64,000 nt of DNA from a virus: IMG/VR virus record IMGVR_UViG_3300025896_001356, positions 1-64,000 of that record. One strand, given 5' to 3'. The notes beneath the pieces were generated by a model. The model worked only from the letters and a program-made list of their open reading frames with translations, searched no databases and was not told the origin of the DNA. Shown here piece after piece: positions 38,865 through 47,680 of the stretch; positions within the stretch are counted from its first letter, which is position 1, and each line of letters opens with the position of its first letter. A program made the translations under genes and the position numbers.

Positions 38865-40007
38865 ATGTTGCCAGTGTATCAAGATGTAGTTCGTAAGCCA
38901 AATATTCTTAAAAATCGCAATCCTTTAAAGAACACAATTGCAACAGTTATTAGTCTAGGTAACCGCCTTACTGATCTGAACACTTCCAAGGAATGGAAAG
39001 CTCTTATTAAAGAGTATAAGGCAAATGCAATTGTGCTTGATCCAACACTGCGACCAAAGGTAATGATGGTCAAGCTAGGTAAGCTGACCATCGACGAAGA
39101 TATCCAACGTGCGCTCGACGTCAAACATTGTGCAAAGAAAATTGCCGCAACTGGTACATTTGATCCACGCTTGTTGCAAGTAGTATATTGTGTTAAGACC
39201 CCGGGCAAAGATGAATTTTGCGCTGTAGATGGTCAGCACACTGCGGCAACTATTGCCGGGCTTGTTGATGCAGGATTGTTTGTAGGCGAAACCGATTGGC
39301 GCGAAGTTGAAGTTGCAGTTCTGTATGTCGAAACAACCAGCAAAGCGTTTGCTCGTAAAGCGTTTGCACTGATTAATGGCAAAGGCAAAAAGAAAGTTAG
39401 CCCTTGGTATGAGCACCGTACCAAAGTAATGAGCGTTCGTATTGATGGCTCAACTGATGAAGATGATGTGTCTGCAGAACAAAAGCAACAAATTTGCGAA
39501 AAGTACGACTGCTATCCAGTTGATCTCGATAGTCAGTTTGTTGGCAAGCCTGGCACATTTACACACATGGGCGCTCTTAACTTAGATGCAGAGACACTAG
39601 AATTGTGCTGTAAGTTTCATGACAAGTATTTTCATTATGATGCCATTGACGGCTCGTTGTGGTTTATGATGGCAGACATTGCTAAAGCATTCAAGGCAGC
39701 TAAAATTAAAATCACTGATAAGTTTCTCGGAGAACTTGCTGGAATTTTGCAAGGTTACTTTGCAGGCTTGTACGAGTTTCATGCTTCTGTGCATAAGGCA
39801 CATAAGCTGTGGGGCGAACATACATACGGTTACGAAGTATCATGGGACGACGATTCTATTGCAGCCGTGCTAGTAATGCTGTATCGTAACTTGGGTGGTA
39901 CTCAGCGTATTCCACAACCAATGTTGGATCGCTTTGCACAGATCCTAGATTTTGTTGATGACGATATTAAAGAATTGTACAACAACACTACCTTATTGGC
40001 TGCATAA
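38865..40007 (+). CDS. ParB/Srx-like (DGQH) domain protein
   Basis: LTIDEDIQRALD..H, FDPRLL, CAVDGQHT, AFALING..KK. Confidence 0.65.
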   Translation: MLPVYQDVVRKPNILKNRNPLKNTIATVISLGNRLTDLNTSKEWKALIKEYKANAIVLDPTLRPKVMMVKLGKLTIDEDIQRALDVKHCAKKIAATGTFDPRLLQVVYCVKTPGKDEFCAVDGQHTAATIAGLVDAGLFVGETDWREVEVAVLYVETTSKAFARKAFALINGKGKKKVSPWYEHRTKVMSVRIDGSTDEDDVSAEQKQQICEKYDCYPVDLDSQFVGKPGTFTHMGALNLDAETLELCCKFHDKYFHYDAIDGSLWFMMADIAKAFKAAKIKITDKFLGELAGILQGYFAGLYEFHASVHKAHKLWGEHTYGYEVSWDDDSIAAVLVMLYRNLGGTQRIPQPMLDRFAQILDFVDDDIKELYNNTTLLAA

Positions 40008-40315
40008 TGTTTTTCTATATACTCCCTGGGCCGTTCCGTTTAGGATTTGGTATCACTGGTAATCACGAGCGGCGTGCAAAAGACTATACAGGCTCGTGGG
40101 GTGGTGAAGCTAAGTTTGCATATCTGTTTGAAGGACCAACACCGCATATTAAGAGGCTAGAGAACATTATCAAAACAATGCATACTGATATGCTATGGAA
40201 ACTTGATGACTGGGAAACTGAATGGTTGGATAATAATTGGACTGCTGATCAGTTGCTTAATTTTGTAAAAGATGTTATACTAGAACGACATTTAGCAATT
40301 AAACAAATACGATGA
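40007..40315 (+). CDS. GIY-YIG/T5orf172-like small nuclease
   Basis: FFYIL....LGFGITGNHERR..Y...LE..IK...ETEW; TAATG-coupled. Confidence 0.55.
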   Translation: MFFYILPGPFRLGFGITGNHERRAKDYTGSWGGEAKFAYLFEGPTPHIKRLENIIKTMHTDMLWKLDDWETEWLDNNWTADQLLNFVKDVILERHLAIKQIR

Positions 40316-40635
40316 TTAAAACTATATCCAGTCCTGATAGCATAATAAGCGTTGGCCTGTCGGGGCAAGGCGGACCTTACCATAGTGGCGCAGTTTATTG
40401 GGACGGTAACGCACAAAAGATGTTAGTGATCAATGGGGATGGTGTTAGACATGACATGCACGGACAAGAAGCACATATTGTAGCAGGTCCAATGTTATCA
40501 CATGTCATGTCTTGGGTGTATAAGAAAATGTCAGAAGAAGCAGAGTTGGACAAGTTATGCAAAGCATATCCAAACTTGGATGAGGCCCGCAAGGAGTTTG
40601 CAGTGTTGCATCGTTTGGTAAAGGACAATAAATGA
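40312..40635 (+). CDS. hypothetical protein
   Basis: 107-aa ORF. Confidence 0.7.
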   Translation: MIKTISSPDSIISVGLSGQGGPYHSGAVYWDGNAQKMLVINGDGVRHDMHGQEAHIVAGPMLSHVMSWVYKKMSEEAELDKLCKAYPNLDEARKEFAVLHRLVKDNK

Positions 40636-40862
40636 ACAGCGATAAATGTACAGTGAAGGCAGTTGCATCTGGTCGAGAGATGGATGCAGAAGTAATTGCA
40701 TTTCACGAAAAACGAAACTTGACAGTTGCAATTAACAAGAGTGTTAAACTGTTAATGACCTGGAACGGTCGAATGTTTGAAGGCAAGGCAGCAGGTATGG
40801 ACTTTGAAAGCAATGGTCCAAAAGTAGTCACTGAATATAAATCAATAAGGGGAAATCGATGA
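40632..40862 (+). CDS. hypothetical protein
   Basis: 76-aa ORF with ATGA overlaps. Confidence 0.75.
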   Translation: MNSDKCTVKAVASGREMDAEVIAFHEKRNLTVAINKSVKLLMTWNGRMFEGKAAGMDFESNGPKVVTEYKSIRGNR

Positions 40863-41155
40863 TTAACAAATTTGAAGGCACAGTTGAAGAACGCCGTGTT
40901 GTATTGGAAGCATTCTTCAAAGACAATGCAAACGTGGAAGTTACCTTTAAGAAGGTAGATGGCGAAATTCGCACCATGCCTTGTACGCTGAACGAAGCAC
41001 TGCTTCCTGTAGTAGTGCAAATTACACCAACTGAAGATACTCCGCGGCCACGTGCTAAAAAGTTTAACCCAACTGTAATGAGTGTGTTCTGCACTAACAA
41101 GCAAGAGTGGAGAAGCTTTCGAATTGAAAATTTGATTTCACTAAAGGCGATGTAA
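40859..41155 (+). CDS. WYL-like/SH3 beta-barrel protein
   Basis: VEVTFKKVDGEIRTMPCTL...VF...QEWRSFRIEN. Confidence 0.75.
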   Translation: MINKFEGTVEERRVVLEAFFKDNANVEVTFKKVDGEIRTMPCTLNEALLPVVVQITPTEDTPRPRAKKFNPTVMSVFCTNKQEWRSFRIENLISLKAM

Positions 41156-41156
41156 T

Positions 41157-41480
41157 ATGGATGTAATCGACTTCTTGGTATTCCTGTGTGCAGGATTAGC
41201 AGCTCTGGCGATTGCATCATCTGTACTAAAGGCGTGGGTAAAGCGCCTGGAAAATAAACTTGAAGATACATTAGTTCATGCCGCTGTAAAAGAAGCATTA
41301 ACAAGGATAATCTTTATTCGAGTTGAAGAACATGGTAATATGCAGTTTGCGTACAATGCATTAACCTCAGAGTTTTTAGTGCAGGGTAAAGATGCTGCCG
41401 AACTTAATGTAAACTTTGGCAAGAACTTTCCAAAGTTCCAAGGTGTAATTGTTGAACCAGAGGAAACGCCAAATGTTTAA
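41157..41480 (+). CDS. hypothetical membrane-anchored protein
   Basis: N-terminal TM helix. Confidence 0.7.
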   Translation: MDVIDFLVFLCAGLAALAIASSVLKAWVKRLENKLEDTLVHAAVKEALTRIIFIRVEEHGNMQFAYNALTSEFLVQGKDAAELNVNFGKNFPKFQGVIVEPEETPNV

Positions 41481-41657
41481 TGTTATTATACTTGCAAGTG
41501 TTGACAGCCGGCAATTGCTATTAATCCTTGGAGTTGATAATATTCCAATGTTGTCAGTGTATGACGATCATGACGGACATACTCTTGTTCGCCCTTGCAT
41601 ATCAAATGTAGATAATCTCGCCTACGCATTGGGCGTACTTGAAAACGGAGAAATCTA

Positions 41658-41996
41658 ATGAGTACACAATGGATCGTTCTATTTGATAACGAAGGTCTCG
41701 ACACCCTAGTTCCATATAGTGACATGGTAGAAGAACAAGTAATGTCTAGACTTTCTGGCGGCGAAATGAGTAGAGATGCACAACATACTATTTCACGAAT
41801 CATGCTACGAGCACGTTTTAACGAACATCGGCATCCAGAAGTATGGGGCTATTCAACTGCTGATCATATGGAATACCAGGACATGCGAGACCTATGGGAA
41901 GCTAGTCCACAGTATATGGCTGACCTAATACGCAAAAGCGGTCAGCAATTGCACGGAACTAAACCGGGCCAGCAACGTGCCCCTGTTATTGTTTAG
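41658..41996 (+). CDS. hypothetical protein
   Basis: 112-aa ORF with GGAG RBS. Confidence 0.75.
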   Translation: MSTQWIVLFDNEGLDTLVPYSDMVEEQVMSRLSGGEMSRDAQHTISRIMLRARFNEHRHPEVWGYSTADHMEYQDMRDLWEASPQYMADLIRKSGQQLHGTKPGQQRAPVIV

Positions 41997-42543
41997 AACT
42001 TATAATTTCTAATAGCTCGGGACTTTGGAGAACTTCATTGTGTCCGTAGTCCAACACAATTTCTGTGTGCGGTCCATACAGTTCGCGCTGACTTTCAACT
42101 GTAACAACACCGTCATTCTTTCCTACTGCAAATAGATCAAAGCCATGAGTAGTAACCACGTTGGTCCACGGCACTGGAGTTTCGAGCAATCTGGTTTGTG
42201 CAGTCCAAGGTTCGTGTCGTGTTAACATTTGCAACCATGGCACATTGATGTTAAACATTTTCCAAAAGCCTGCTTGGATAGATCCACCAAACGGTGTACC
42301 AATGCTCATACCACCAACCACCAACTCTGGATTCCGATTAGCAAGGTGCCACGCATAAAGTCCGCCCATTGAATGGCCAACAACAAAGCAAGGCTCGTCG
42401 AGTTCCTTTTCCATTGCTTCTAAATTCTTTTCTGGACTTGACATCATGCCCCACTCAAATCTATCGTGGTTCTTAATAGATGAACCAATCCAATTCCAAG
42501 ATATTTTGGATGCATTGGCCCCGTGGATTAAAATAATTTTCAT
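41986..42543 (-). CDS. alpha/beta hydrolase (lipase/esterase)
   Basis: LIHG, VGHSMGG nucleophile elbow, GTPFGGS, NDGVV, GHNEV. Confidence 0.88.
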   Translation of the reverse strand: MKIILIHGANASKISWNWIGSSIKNHDRFEWGMMSSPEKNLEAMEKELDEPCFVVGHSMGGLYAWHLANRNPELVVGGMSIGTPFGGSIQAGFWKMFNINVPWLQMLTRHEPWTAQTRLLETPVPWTNVVTTHGFDLFAVGKNDGVVTVESQRELYGPHTEIVLDYGHNEVLQSPELLEIISSKQ

Positions 42544-42571
42544 TGACTTTTCCTTAAACAAGTGTTATACT
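42543..42571 (+). promoter_or_regulatory. sigma70-type promoter for dCMP deaminase
   Basis: TTGACT-17 nt-TATACT. Confidence 0.7.
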
Positions 42572-42577
42572 TATCGT

Positions 42578-43090
42578 ATGAAACCTAAAATTATTAAAGC
42601 CCACATGCAAGTTGCAGAGACGTATGCTAAACTAAGCACTGCTCGTAGACTTCAAGTTGGTTCTATTATTGTTAAAGAGGACCGTATCATCAGCATTGGT
42701 TACAATGGTATGCCATCTGGCTGGGATAACACTTGTGAGGATCGAGTATATGATCCGGGCGCAGGCGGTTGGCTTAGCCCAGAAGAGTTTGAAGAACAAT
42801 ATCCCTACGAAGGCTGGCACGAAGAAGCAGGCCGCACAGTGCGATATGGACTAAAAACTAAACCAGAGGTGTTGCATGCAGAGGCAAACGCAATTGCAAA
42901 GGTTGCACGTAGCCCGGAATCTGCCGAAGGCGCTGTATTATTTGTAACGCACAGCCCTTGCATTGAATGTGCAAAGCTGATATTCCAAAGTGGTATTAAG
43001 CAAGTGTTTTATCGCGATAACTATCGTAGTGACGCTGGGATTGCTTTTTTAAAGCAAGCTGGTGTAATTGTTAATCAACTTGAGAACTAA
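42578..43090 (+). CDS. dCMP deaminase
   Basis: IISIGYNG, HAEANA, SPCIECAK. Confidence 0.93.
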   Translation: MKPKIIKAHMQVAETYAKLSTARRLQVGSIIVKEDRIISIGYNGMPSGWDNTCEDRVYDPGAGGWLSPEEFEEQYPYEGWHEEAGRTVRYGLKTKPEVLHAEANAIAKVARSPESAEGAVLFVTHSPCIECAKLIFQSGIKQVFYRDNYRSDAGIAFLKQAGVIVNQLEN

Positions 43091-43091
43091 A

Positions 43092-43304
43092 ATGGCAACA
43101 GCTAAAACAGTAACAAAACTCAGCGACAAGCTGACAAAAGTAAATGAGAACTTTTCAATCAACATGTACGACAATGGCTTCATGGTTGAGGTTGGTGGCC
43201 GCAACAAAAAGGGCGACTATGTGAACGCCAAGCTATTGTGCAGTACATTAGAAGAAGTTCAAGCACTGGTAGCAGAAGCCTGTACAATGGAACGAGACGT
43301 TTAA
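43092..43304 (+). CDS. hypothetical protein
   Basis: MATAKTV...YDNGFMVEVGGR. Confidence 0.75.
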   Translation: MATAKTVTKLSDKLTKVNENFSINMYDNGFMVEVGGRNKKGDYVNAKLLCSTLEEVQALVAEACTMERDV

Positions 43305-43313
43305 GGAATAATT

Positions 43314-43724
43314 ATGACCTGGTGGAATGTAGCAACCGCAGATAAAAAGAGTGTTGAAGAACACGAGTTTTGGCAAAAAGATGACATGGTCATTCGACGT
43401 GTCAACGGATATCGATGGGGTGTTTGGGCTGTTGAAACAGACGGAGACGAGCCACCAGAATTTGAGCGAGTTGCAATGCCAACTGGCAGCAGTGACGAAG
43501 ATAGTATCGAAATGAACAGCATCGAATACGAAGGCGAACTAGAATCGCTCGACGATGGTTGGTACAATGAAATTATTTGGCCCGACGATATGGAAGAAGC
43601 AGAACGTGACAGATTGCAAGCACTGGTAGATGACGATGCGTATGCTTGGGAAGCTGATGGCTGGTCAAACTATGAAACTGAAGTTTGGTTCTGGGGACCA
43701 CTTGAAATTACAAAGGACGAATGA
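43314..43724 (+). CDS. very acidic, Trp-rich hypothetical protein
   Basis: 136 aa, rich in D/E/W. Confidence 0.75.
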   Translation: MTWWNVATADKKSVEEHEFWQKDDMVIRRVNGYRWGVWAVETDGDEPPEFERVAMPTGSSDEDSIEMNSIEYEGELESLDDGWYNEIIWPDDMEEAERDRLQALVDDDAYAWEADGWSNYETEVWFWGPLEITKDE

Positions 43725-43924
43725 TGTTAAAAGATAGACGACTTTTGATGGAGCAAGAAATTGCTAAACTAACTGCAACATGTGGTTATACCTATCTTGC
43801 TGCTATGCGAGTGCCAATGACTGACAATGAAAAAGTAGTATACACTGCCGCAGTTGAGAAGTTGAGTACAATGACAACTGAATTGGCAATTATCGTTGAG
43901 ATGATTAATAAAGGACACGAGTAA
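43721..43924 (+). CDS. hypothetical protein
   Basis: 67-aa coupled ORF. Confidence 0.65.
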   Translation: MMLKDRRLLMEQEIAKLTATCGYTYLAAMRVPMTDNEKVVYTAAVEKLSTMTTELAIIVEMINKGHE

Positions 43925-44766
43925 TGGCACAACACTCAAACTACTGGAGTTGCAGTTCCTTTGCAGATTGGCTTCGCGGCACTAAAAAACTCGGTGCAGG
44001 CACAAGCGAAGAATGGGATGAGTGGACTACTGCTGCCCAAATGAAACATAACTTCCGCTACTGGATGGCTGAAGAAGCACTTGGACATATCCAAGACTTT
44101 GTCACCTGGCCAATTAGAAAGATTTACGATGTCAAGTACTATATTAATAACCGTTGGGTTACTGGCACTCATAGTCTCACTGCTCACCCTCGCGACATTA
44201 AACCCGGCCAATGGCAGGATGTTGGTAACAGGTTTCTTCCATGCCTCTTCAACGAACTCGTTGACTTTGTCGAAGTAGAAACAGCATGGAGTCATATTGC
44301 TTGGGGCGACAAAGAAGCTCGCGCCAAATACAATCCTCCGTTCTATGCAAGTGGTTGGTGGCGCTGGAGAACTTGGCGTAGTCCGCAAGCAGGCTTAGAT
44401 CACCTTGACTGGGCAATGACCTTGACCAATGAAGAATGGTTAGAAGAAGGTAAAAAAGGTGAAGCTGTACCAACAAGCCAGGCCACTTCGGCAAAAGAAA
44501 TTAAAGAGCTTTACACTTGGTGGACTGTTACCTATCGTGCTCGTCCAGACCCGCATGATGCCAGTGGTTGGAGTGCTCACTGCGATGCGATGCGTGTCAA
44601 GTATCCGGGTAGCTTTTTCTCTAGCCTAAACAGCAAGGATCCAGTAGATCGTAAGGCTAGCGACAAGGCTCATAAGCTTCTGCAAAAGATTGAAGCTGCA
44701 TACGAAAAAGAAGATGAGGCTATGATGATACGCCTTATTAAGATTAGAGAAAGTCTATGGACTTAA
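43924..44766 (+). CDS. hypothetical protein
   Basis: 280-aa Trp-rich ORF. Confidence 0.8.
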   Translation: MAQHSNYWSCSSFADWLRGTKKLGAGTSEEWDEWTTAAQMKHNFRYWMAEEALGHIQDFVTWPIRKIYDVKYYINNRWVTGTHSLTAHPRDIKPGQWQDVGNRFLPCLFNELVDFVEVETAWSHIAWGDKEARAKYNPPFYASGWWRWRTWRSPQAGLDHLDWAMTLTNEEWLEEGKKGEAVPTSQATSAKEIKELYTWWTVTYRARPDPHDASGWSAHCDAMRVKYPGSFFSSLNSKDPVDRKASDKAHKLLQKIEAAYEKEDEAMMIRLIKIRESLWT

Positions 44767-44933
44767 CTTCTACTGTATGTTGCCAAGTACCAAAAAAGTA
44801 CTCGGAAGAGTACGATTGTTACTATTGTGAATCTTGTAACATTTGGGCAGAAGATAAATGCAATGATCCTACGTGCGAGTTTTGCACTACAAGGCCAATG
44901 ACACCAATGGAGACTAATAATGACAATGCCTGA
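44757..44933 (+). CDS. Cys-rich small protein (58 aa, not in the ORF track)
   Basis: MDLTSTVCCQVPKKYSEEYDCYYCESCNIWAEDKCNDPTCEFCTTRP... Confidence 0.6.
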   Translation: MDLTSTVCCQVPKKYSEEYDCYYCESCNIWAEDKCNDPTCEFCTTRPMTPMETNNDNA

Positions 44934-45141
44934 TGAACGCTATCGAGCAATGGTAGAAGGACTAAAGCTAATTGAAGACTTGCTTATACCGCAAGTGACT
45001 CCAAGAGTGCCCGGGGAAATTCGAGAACGTGCTCGCTGGATAATGCGGCACTATCCAAGTGCATACGAGCTCGAACGTCTTGCAGCAAATGTTCCATCTA
45101 TGCTGTCGACAAAGAATTTTAACGGAGAGAAGATCAAATGA
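44920..45141 (+). CDS. BPSL0761-like small protein
   Basis: MTMPDERYRA..TPRVP..IRERA...RHYP. Confidence 0.7.
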   Translation: MTMPDERYRAMVEGLKLIEDLLIPQVTPRVPGEIRERARWIMRHYPSAYELERLAANVPSMLSTKNFNGEKIK

Positions 45142-45311
45142 CATCTTGGACTATAACACTTGAGGATGCAGAAGATGGTAGTGGCGATCTTGTACTGCCA
45201 CTACCGCAGGATCTATTAGATAATGCCGGATGGAAAGAAGGCGACACTCTTGAATGGATTGATAACAACAACGGCACATGGTCGATGAAGAAAGTAGAAG
45301 CTCCAGCCTGA
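45138..45311 (+). CDS. AbrB/MazE/SpoVT-like DNA-binding protein (57 aa, not in the ORF track)
   Basis: GDLVLPLPQDLLDNAGWKEGDTLEW. Confidence 0.75.
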   Translation: MTSWTITLEDAEDGSGDLVLPLPQDLLDNAGWKEGDTLEWIDNNNGTWSMKKVEAPA

Positions 45312-45312
45312 A

Positions 45313-45918
45313 CTAACTGCTTGCTAATTTAGCAGCTTTATTTTTGGCTCTTGTTAGCTTATATTTTTCAATAGTTTCCGGCGATCGTTTATGTGAATCA
45401 TTGGCCTTCATTGTTGCCAGTCGTTTAGCAATTGATTCTGGACTATTTGGATTCGTAGTTCCATTTGCCTCTTTAGTGACACGGCATTTGGCAAGTGATT
45501 CTGACGTAATAGTATTCAAAGTACCATATTTTGCCAGTTTAGTTTCAACGCCTTTGGCAACTGATTCCGGGCTAGTGAGATTCAAAGTACCATATTTTGC
45601 CAGTTTAGTTACTAAACCTTTTGCAATTGATTCTGAAGTTTGTTTTACGCCCTCACCAGATTCTGCAATTAAGTTTGCCCAGTCGTCGCTGTCAACCACA
45701 TTCCATAACTCACTATAATATAGACCAAGTTCTTTGACTTCTTCATTTGAAGTGCATTCTTTGAGGATTGTAGTGGTATAATCGTACCCGTGTACTTTTA
45801 GATGACTGGTCCATCTGGTTCCAGAATCTGGATATTTGTGTGGATCTTTTCTTATTGTTTTGCCAAGATATTTTAGGCCAGTGACATTATGTGTCTTGAC
45901 GTATAGATAAATAATCAT
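45313..45918 (-). mobile_element. free-standing GIY-YIG homing endonuclease with repeated C-terminal DNA-binding modules
   Basis: IYLYVKTH..TGLKYLGKT, WANL..E.G; ~21-aa repeats (SPESVAKGVETKLAKYGTLN); opposite strand to its neighbours. Confidence 0.8.
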
Positions 45919-45995
45919 GCTGATGTTCCTCCAGAACGTTAGAGCCGGTAGATATGTCGAGTATCGTGATCGGCACTTTTATTTATCATCTTAGG

Positions 45996-46024
45996 TTGAC
46001 AGTGCGGCTGGCTTGCAGTATAAT
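45996..46024 (+). promoter_or_regulatory. sigma70-type promoter
   Basis: TTGACA-17 nt-TATAAT. Confidence 0.85.
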
Positions 46025-46043
46025 ATCAACATAGGAGAAAATA

Positions 46044-46628
46044 ATGGCAAATGAAATGAACTACAACAAGCCTGGCAATCATATTATGGTTGACTTAGAA
46101 ACACTTGGCACTAAACCAAATAGTTTAATGCTTACTATTGGCGCTATTCGTTTTAACCCTTGGGCAGAGGATACTAACAATCCAATGGAGAAGATGGATA
46201 CGTTTTATCGACGTGTTAGTTTTGAAAGTTTTGAAGGATTAGATCATGTCATTGATGACGACACCCTTGCTTGGTGGGGAAAGCAATCTGAAGAAGTTAG
46301 AGAGGAAGCATTTAATGAAGAAGGCCGTGTTGATATACGTGATGTTTTGCGCGATTTCCATCGCTGGTGCGGTGGTGTTGACGCTATCTGGGCAAATGGT
46401 ACCGGGTTCGACTTAAACATCCTTGAACACTTTAGTCGTGAACTGAAGCGCGGGGTTGCATGGAAGTATTGGCAGGCTCGTGATGCCCGCACATTATATG
46501 CACTTGTTCCTGGTCTTGAACGACCACAAGGTGCTGCTCACCATGCACTATGGGATTGCTGGAGCCAACTGGTTGGTGTGCAACGTTCCTTCAAAGCTCT
46601 TGGTATCAATGAGTTAACTTCTCGTTAA
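46044..46628 (+). CDS. DEDDh 3'-5' exonuclease (Rv2179c/exonuclease VIII-like)
   Basis: MVDLETLG, TLAWW..Q, WANG..FD, RDART, HHALWD. Confidence 0.88.
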   Translation: MANEMNYNKPGNHIMVDLETLGTKPNSLMLTIGAIRFNPWAEDTNNPMEKMDTFYRRVSFESFEGLDHVIDDDTLAWWGKQSEEVREEAFNEEGRVDIRDVLRDFHRWCGGVDAIWANGTGFDLNILEHFSRELKRGVAWKYWQARDARTLYALVPGLERPQGAAHHALWDCWSQLVGVQRSFKALGINELTSR

Positions 46629-46646
46629 TACTGTACTAAGTAATAC

Positions 46647-46719
46647 ACCGGTCTTCGGACATCATCCCGGTATACAAACTCTGCTGCCTATGCTATAATC
46701 AACATAGGAGAAAACAATG
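46647..46719 (+). ncRNA. structured 5' leader of queD (riboswitch candidate)
   Basis: ACCGG/CCGGU stem enclosing GUC-UUCG-GAC, an A-rich linker, then a CCUAUG/CAUAGG hairpin covering the AGGAG SD. Confidence 0.5.
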
Positions 46720-47226
46720 GCAACAACACTAACCCCAGTCGCATACAAATATACTTCAACTAAAGAGTATCATGATGCATTTCCGTGCGCTTATCGTCAA
46801 TGGCGATCCGACTCACACTGCAATCTAATTCACGGCTATTCATTTAGCATGAAGTTCTACTTTGGAACTAACGAGCTAGATGCACGTAATTGGGCTGCTG
46901 ACTACGGCGGACTTAAAGAACTAAAGAAGACCTTAGAGAGTCAATTCGACCATACACTTATTGTAGCACAGGATGATCCGGATATGGAAACATTCAAGTT
47001 GCTGCAAGAGCGGAACATGGCTAAGATCGTAGTGCTACCTAAACTAGGATGCGAAGGCCTAAGCGACATGCTTTACAAGTATGTCAATGGCGTTTACATC
47101 CCAGAGATGTGGGGTGAGGGCGAATCAAAGCGTCTTTGGTGTTACAAAGTAGAAGTACGTGAAACACAAAGTAATATGGCGTTCCGTGAAGGACACCGTG
47201 AGTGGAATGAGGACCTGTTCGCTTAA
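46717..47226 (+). CDS. queD: 6-carboxy-tetrahydropterin synthase / PTPS (QueD family)
   Basis: SHCNLIHGYSF, DYGGLK..K....FDHTLI, VEVRET. Confidence 0.85.
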   Translation: MATTLTPVAYKYTSTKEYHDAFPCAYRQWRSDSHCNLIHGYSFSMKFYFGTNELDARNWAADYGGLKELKKTLESQFDHTLIVAQDDPDMETFKLLQERNMAKIVVLPKLGCEGLSDMLYKYVNGVYIPEMWGEGESKRLWCYKVEVRETQSNMAFREGHREWNEDLFA

Positions 47227-47477
47227 TGCGATTACTTCAACTTAAAGAACTTCAGCAAAGCTATAGCTTAACTCAAGCTGTCAGGCCTGCTGAGGTTTGG
47301 GGATTACCAATCCAACCCGAAGCTGAAGGAATCTCGCTGACTATTATCGAGTCCATAGCCGACGTAGCAGAAGGATGGACTGGCTGGGGTTTTGGACAAC
47401 AGAATACCTGGTTGCTATTTGAAAAACAAGAAGATGCTATTATAGCAAACGTTACGCTTGGAGAGTCGTATGTCTAA
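47226..47477 (+). CDS. hypothetical protein
   Basis: 83-aa coupled ORF. Confidence 0.6.
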   Translation: MRLLQLKELQQSYSLTQAVRPAEVWGLPIQPEAEGISLTIIESIADVAEGWTGWGFGQQNTWLLFEKQEDAIIANVTLGESYV

Positions 47478-47679
47478 CATTAAATCATTTCTAGGCAAGC
47501 AAATTGATCAAGACGCTGCAATCATTGATAAAGAAATTGTAGTGCAATCAAAGCACAATCTGGATACATTGAGTGCTATGACGAAGAAAGAGGTCATAGC
47601 TTATGCTCATAAGTATGCTATACTAATTAACTCCCGCAAGAAAAAGGAAGAGTTAATAGATACCATTCTAAGGAACTAA
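47470..47679 (+). CDS. small protein with Rho-N/HeH-like motif
   Basis: [34 protein letters not shown]. Confidence 0.65.
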   Translation: MSNIKSFLGKQIDQDAAIIDKEIVVQSKHNLDTLSAMTKKEVIAYAHKYAILINSRKKKEELIDTILRN

Positions 47680-47680
47680 T

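Noticed and set aside
45138-45311. Toxin-antitoxin pair around the AbrB/MazE-like gene
   Set aside because: No recognisable toxin (PIN, MazF, Doc) next to it.
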